64,000 nucleotides of DNA from Thermoplasmata archaeon. Lineage in GTDB: Archaea; Thermoplasmatota; JASEFT01; JBBABA01. Within the stretch, counting starts at the first letter, position 1, and each line of letters starts with the position of its first letter. The notes beneath the pieces were generated by a model, which was not told the origin of the DNA, did no database searches, and worked only from the letters and a program-made list of their open reading frames with translations. Of the stretch, positions 59,116 through 64,000 are shown one piece after another. The position numbers and the translations under genes were made by a program. Where the stretch lies: the NCBI GenBank assembly GCA_041657955.1, contig JBBABA010000006.1:64566-128565 (forward strand), given 5' to 3'.

Positions 59116-59331
59116 TTACCCGCCGATTCTGAAAACATTTGTGCCGCATTTCGGGCATGTGCCTTTCGTAGCGATTCTTTTGTTCAACATTTTTATTTTC
59201 TTCGGGTTTTTGATCGTTATTTTCTTTCTGCACTTCACACAATACGCTGTGTCCTTTCCACTAGACGGTTTCTTTGCAACTGCTTTCTTTGCAACCGTCT
59301 TCTTCTTAGCTGCCTTCTTTGCTTTTGCCAA
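59116..59331 (-). CDS. Small basic Zn-ribbon protein (DUF5679-like) with an Ala/Lys-rich tail
   Basis: TTG start after AGGTGA. AKAKKAAKKKTVAKK then AYCVKCR...KGTCPKCGTNVFRI. Confidence 0.85.
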   Translation of the reverse strand: MAKAKKAAKKKTVAKKAVAKKPSSGKDTAYCVKCRKKITIKNPKKIKMLNKRIATKGTCPKCGTNVFRIGG

Positions 59332-59452
59332 AATAATCACCTGAATCGGGATATTGTTATGCGTATATATAGCTATTCGTTCTAGAATGACGATGCGAAA
59401 TGACAAAAGTGTTGATTCGCATAAATGAGGTTCAAATGTTTATGTAGATAAT

Positions 59453-60754
59453 TTACGGATAATATCGTCTCATCGTCCTCGGGAACGGCACGACATGTTT
59501 TATGTGCTCCGCACCTGCGATCCAGGCAACAGTCCTGTCGAGGCCAAGTCCGAAACCCGAGTGCGGGACTGTTCCGTATTTTCTCAGGTCGACATACCAT
59601 GCATAGTCAGCCTCGTTCATGTTCTCCTCTTTCATGCGCTGCAGTAATATGTCTAATTCATAGATGCGCTCTCCCCCGCCTATGATTTCTCCGTAGCCCT
59701 CGGGCGCCAGCAGGTCGTGGTTTAAAACAACTTTTGGGTTAGATGGATCAGGCCTGTGATAGAACGCTTTTGTCTCTTTTGGATAATGCGTAATAAATAC
59801 TGGTTTGTCGAAATCCTTTGTTATTGCTTTTTCCTCTTCGTACCCGAAATCTGCACCCCATGACAAATTCAGGCCGTTCTTGTTCCCGATTTCGAGTGCT
59901 CTTTCATATGTTATCTTTGGGAACGGGGCTTTTATTTGTTCTAATTTTTTTATGTCCCTTTTTAGTAAATCCAGCTCATTTTTATTTCTCTCAAGCACAG
60001 ACCGGCATATGAACTCTATCATCTTTTCCTCTTCATTCATCATGTCTTCGTTATGAAACCATGCAGTCTCTCCTTCCGCGTGCCAGAATTCTGTCAAATG
60101 CCGCCTCGTTCTTGATTCTTCAGCCCGAAAACTTGGGGCGATAGTATATACCTTCTCAAGGCTTGTCATCACTGCCTCTAAATACATTTGGGAGCTTTGG
60201 GTAAGATTAAGTACTGTTTTCTCGAAATACGGTACTTTGAACAATGTTGCCCCGCCTTCGCACGCGCCGCTCACGAACATTGGCCCCTGGGTTTCATAAT
60301 AGCCCTGGCCGTTCAGATATTCTCTAAATGCATTGAATACAGTAGAACGGATTTTTAGGTATGCGGTCGTTTCCCTGCTTCTCAACCATAAATGCCTTAC
60401 GTCAGAAAGAAACTCGTCGCTCTGGTCTTTGGTTATCGGGAATACGTCTGATTTTCCTACAACATTAACGTCGTTTGCCTGGACTTCGTACCCGCCTGGC
60501 GCCCTGCTGTCTTTTTTCACAAGCCCTTTTATTTCCATAGAGGATTCGATTAAGGCGTTCTTGGCATGAGTGAATTTTTCATCACCCACGGACTCCCTTG
60601 ATATGGGCACCTGTATTATGCCCGCAGAATCCCGCAGAACCATGAAAACTATCTTTCCACTGCTCCTTGTTCTGTAAATCCAGCCCCGCAGTTTTACTTC
60701 CTTTCCCTCGCTGATCTTGCCGTCCAGTATGTCTGAGATTTTTGTGAATGTCAT
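59453..60754 (-). CDS. asnS: Asparaginyl-tRNA synthetase
   Basis: OB fold, RHLWLRS, ACEGGATLF, LTQSSQMYLE, FRAE.SRTRRHLTEFW and PHSGFGLGLDR. Confidence 0.95.
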   Translation of the reverse strand: MTFTKISDILDGKISEGKEVKLRGWIYRTRSSGKIVFMVLRDSAGIIQVPISRESVGDEKFTHAKNALIESSMEIKGLVKKDSRAPGGYEVQANDVNVVGKSDVFPITKDQSDEFLSDVRHLWLRSRETTAYLKIRSTVFNAFREYLNGQGYYETQGPMFVSGACEGGATLFKVPYFEKTVLNLTQSSQMYLEAVMTSLEKVYTIAPSFRAEESRTRRHLTEFWHAEGETAWFHNEDMMNEEEKMIEFICRSVLERNKNELDLLKRDIKKLEQIKAPFPKITYERALEIGNKNGLNLSWGADFGYEEEKAITKDFDKPVFITHYPKETKAFYHRPDPSNPKVVLNHDLLAPEGYGEIIGGGERIYELDILLQRMKEENMNEADYAWYVDLRKYGTVPHSGFGLGLDRTVAWIAGAEHIKHVVPFPRTMRRYYP

Positions 60755-60892
60755 CACTATCACCAAGCACAATAGACCGTATTATAAATAAGATTTTGTG
60801 TTTATGCTGCTTGTTGTGTTATTCGCGTAACACGTCGCATATCGAAAACGAAAGCGGCGGCAAATACAAAAAAAGTTTCGAATTCCATAACG

Positions 60893-63800
60893 CTACTTAT
60901 ATTCTCCGTGCGAATCCAATTTAATATCGTCCTTCTCGGATTGCTGGTAGGGTGATTGCGGAAGCTCGGCAACTTTTTCGATGTCCGGATGCTTCTTCTC
61001 CAGCACGTTCTTATAATCCCGTATTTTATTATCCAATATCATGTAATTGTTTTCCGAAATCTTTCCATACTGAAGCAGTTTCGAGGATGCTTTTTGAATG
61101 TTACATAATCGCCTATACCTTTCGACCGGGTTTTGCAACTTCATAGCGCTATCCACTAGTGCCATTTGTCTGCCCAGCACGCTTCTTTTCTTTCTAAGAA
61201 CCAAATAACCACCGGCAACGCTAGCGAGAGCTATAAGAAGGCCCATAAGATTTGCGTAGAGGTCGAGATAGTTAGTTATGTCCATTTCCCCGCTACCAGG
61301 AGGAGGTTTTGCTTGTCCTATTATTTCTATTGCTTCGTTATCCGTATCCGTGTCGCCGCCGTCATCCGTGACTGTTAACGATACGTTGTAGCTTCCAATC
61401 CTTTTGTACGTATGTTTCGGATTAATCTCGACAGATGTTGTGCCGTCGTCAAAGTCCCAACGGTAAGAGACAATCGCGCCGTGTGTATCGTAACTGCCGT
61501 TTCCAAAAAATTGTGTTTCTTCGTCTACGTAAACGTACTTGGGCCTCACGATATCAGCAACAGGCAGTATGTTTACCACTGTTACCGTGATAAAAGCTAC
61601 GGCGGATTCCCCGCCGTTATTATCAACTACGGTCAAAGTTGCATCGTATTTGCCGGCATGCATGTATGTGTGTTTTATAACGCTGTTGTCTACCCAATCG
61701 GTTGAATTTTTGTCCCCGAAATCCCATTTATATTTTATTACAGTACCGTCGCTGTCTGTAGCGTTGACAGTAAACGTGAGTTCTTCCGCCGGCTTCTTAT
61801 CCAGTGATGCCGTGAACGAACATGTTGGGAGGCGGTTGATGATTATCGCATACATCGTTCTTATTGTCGTTCCGCCGTCGTTATCCTCGACTGCGAGTGT
61901 AACCGTATAATTACCGGGTGTGGCATACGTGTAAAAAGCGGTTGCATCGTATGCAGTATTGTTAATTGAAAGCGTGTCGCCGAAATTCCAAGTGTAATTT
62001 ACGATGGTGCCATCAATGTCGCTTGCACCCGCAATAAATTTCACTGGAATCAATGTTTGTGATGTTATATTGTCTGGAAGGCTGAACACTGGCGGAGTGT
62101 TGACTACATCCACCGACAAAATGCTTACACCGAATCCATAGTCATTATCATAAACCCTCAATGTTACGTTATATGTTCCTTTGGATGTATAGGTATGATT
62201 TGTCGATGTTTTGTTGCTACCGGCGATGTTCGTTATATTTCCATCCCCGAAATCGTAAGAATGTAACGTAACCAGTCCATCTGCGTCCACGGGGTCGTCC
62301 GGTTCGTAAAACATTATCGGCGTGTATGTTTGTGCGTGAGTGGTATTTGCGCTTAATGTTGCAATCGGTGCCGCGTTTGTAATGGATATTGTTCGCACTT
62401 TGGAGTTTACGCCTCCGAGGTCGTCTGTTACAGTCAAATTAATAATGAACGTACCTTTCGATGTCCATGTGTGGGTCGGGTTTTGTTCGTACGAGTAACT
62501 CCCGTCCCCGAAAGTCCAGATGTAATTGGTTATGCTTCCGTCTTCATCGGAAGCGTTTGCGAATAATTGCAAAGGAGAAAATGCTGACCAATCCGAAGAA
62601 ACTACAAAATCGGCATTTGGCAAAATGTTCGGAATCACATGGATAACGTATGTTTTGTTGCTTTCAGCGCCAATTTTGTCTGTTGCAGAAACTTTAATAG
62701 TGTAATTATCGGGAGAAGCATATTGCCAATTCACAATACAGTATTCTTTATTCGTTTCAGTTAGTATATAGGAACCGTCTCCGTAAAGGTCGATACTGAT
62801 GCTCCCGATACCATCCTTATCGATGGCGGATATGTTTATCGTAAAATTTCTTCTCTCTGTGATTATAAAATTGTCCTCGTTCGTGATTGAGATAAGGCTA
62901 TACAAATCGGTGAACGCTGCAGTCAGTTGCGGGCCGAAATTCGGCATTACCCTGAAACCGAACGACCAGATAGCCTGTGTACCGTTACCGTCCGTAACGC
63001 GCACGGATATCGTCGTATTGCCCGGAGATGTAAACTCTATGCTGGTGTTTCCGGTTATATTGCTGTTGTGCTCGTATACACCATCCCCGTCCGCATCCCA
63101 TTCGTAAAATTTTATTCCACTGCCCGAGTATGCATCGACACTTGCGTTAAAAGGTATGTGCACTTCTGCGATCAACGAGATATTGTCAACAGCGCCGCTG
63201 AACGTAACGTTTACTATGATTGGATTTCGCGGCAATACGGTAATATTCACGACTGTGCTTCCGGTGTAACCCCTCGAATCCCTTACTGTGAGATTTATAC
63301 TGTGCGTTCCTGCGGCCAGATTGCGTAAGGTGATGTTTCCGGTTCCGAGATTTCCAGAGACATTCGAAAACCATGCTATTGACGAGTTTGTTAGAAAAAC
63401 GCTTTCTGCATCAATGCCGTAACCCATGAAATCGATGGATGCGTTGCCGTCGAATGTCTGCCCTTCAGAGGGTGTAGTAATATACGCCGTGGGGGGAGCT
63501 TGTATAACCCTGATTGTGGCAGTATCTGTAGCCGTGGCTCCATAGTTATCCGTTACTCTGAGTTTGGCATTATAGACACCCGCTGCACTGTATTTATACG
63601 TAGTCGAGCCTGTTGCCGTACTGCTCCAGTCATAAATGCCATCGCCGTTGAAGTCCCATTCGTATTTTTTTATAGTGCCGTCATTGTCAATTCCCGTGCC
63701 GGTAAACGAAACGTCCGCATTTGCGAAAACTGTCTTGTCTGGACCCGCGTTTGCTGTTGGGGGGTTGTCGTTGACAATAATCGACACCGTATCCTTTTGA

Positions 63801-64000
63801 GAGTCGTCGGCCTGCACGCCTATCACATATATCCCCGGCGACCATGAGTTTACGACATATTGGATGGTGAATGTTGAGTGGGTTATAGGGATTTGCCCGG
63901 CATATTTATAATTTATATAAATCGTAAGCCAATTTGCTTTACCGGTAACCACTACGGTCAAGTAGAATGAACCTTTGACCATTGCTCCATCGCTGGGCGA
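60893..64000 (-). CDS. Multi-PKD-domain surface protein (5' end lies outside the window)
   Basis: Repeated D.DG.I..Y.WDFGDG...G.Y.V.L.V.D..G motifs and a C-terminal TM helix. The frame stays open to base 64000. Confidence 0.93.
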   Translation of the reverse strand, partial: SPSDGAMVKGSFYLTVVVTGKANWLTIYINYKYAGQIPITHSTFTIQYVVNSWSPGIYVIGVQADDSQKDTVSIIVNDNPPTANAGPDKTVFANADVSFTGTGIDNDGTIKKYEWDFNGDGIYDWSSTATGSTTYKYSAAGVYNAKLRVTDNYGATATDTATIRVIQAPPTAYITTPSEGQTFDGNASIDFMGYGIDAESVFLTNSSIAWFSNVSGNLGTGNITLRNLAAGTHSINLTVRDSRGYTGSTVVNITVLPRNPIIVNVTFSGAVDNISLIAEVHIPFNASVDAYSGSGIKFYEWDADGDGVYEHNSNITGNTSIEFTSPGNTTISVRVTDGNGTQAIWSFGFRVMPNFGPQLTAAFTDLYSLISITNEDNFIITERRNFTINISAIDKDGIGSISIDLYGDGSYILTETNKEYCIVNWQYASPDNYTIKVSATDKIGAESNKTYVIHVIPNILPNADFVVSSDWSAFSPLQLFANASDEDGSITNYIWTFGDGSYSYEQNPTHTWTSKGTFIINLTVTDDLGGVNSKVRTISITNAAPIATLSANTTHAQTYTPIMFYEPDDPVDADGLVTLHSYDFGDGNITNIAGSNKTSTNHTYTSKGTYNVTLRVYDNDYGFGVSILSVDVVNTPPVFSLPDNITSQTLIPVKFIAGASDIDGTIVNYTWNFGDTLSINNTAYDATAFYTYATPGNYTVTLAVEDNDGGTTIRTMYAIIINRLPTCSFTASLDKKPAEELTFTVNATDSDGTVIKYKWDFGDKNSTDWVDNSVIKHTYMHAGKYDATLTVVDNNGGESAVAFITVTVVNILPVADIVRPKYVYVDEETQFFGNGSYDTHGAIVSYRWDFDDGTTSVEINPKHTYKRIGSYNVSLTVTDDGGDTDTDNEAIEIIGQAKPPPGSGEMDITNYLDLYANLMGLLIALASVAGGYLVLRKKRSVLGRQMALVDSAMKLQNPVERYRRLCNIQKASSKLLQYGKISENNYMILDNKIRDYKNVLEKKHPDIEKVAELPQSPYQQSEKDDIKLDSHGEYK

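Overview
Archaeal chromosomal window, most consistent with Thermoplasmatota (inference from TYW1, rpl37e next to Lsm, a PGF-CTERM surface protein, an archaeal pilin signal, AsnRS and a COG1395-type regulator). The backbone is housekeeping and metabolic genes: wtpA, ubiX, pgk, a primase small-subunit-like gene, tyw1, thiolase-like/DUF35, rlmH, a bacterial-type tgt, purF, two glnA, a treT/MscS cluster, a Lon-like ATPase, glyA and asnS, plus several large surface proteins. Three accessory zones stand out. (1) At about 3.0-8.8 kb, a segment bounded by a 19-bp imperfect inverted repeat carries a Fic AMPylase bracketed by two copies of a 50-bp palindromic element, a 59-aa twin zinc-finger ORF missed by the ORF track, and a short serine recombinase with a res-like site. 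(2) At 31.0-33.6 kb, the 3' end of rlmH recurs twice downstream and separates three small cargo units, resembling staphylococcal SCC integration at rlmH/orfX. (3) At 56.6-58.8 kb, an atypical kinase and a partner gene are flanked by two paralogous small proteins. No rRNA, tRNA, CRISPR array or reverse transcriptase was seen. All family assignments come from motif reading only; no database searches were run.
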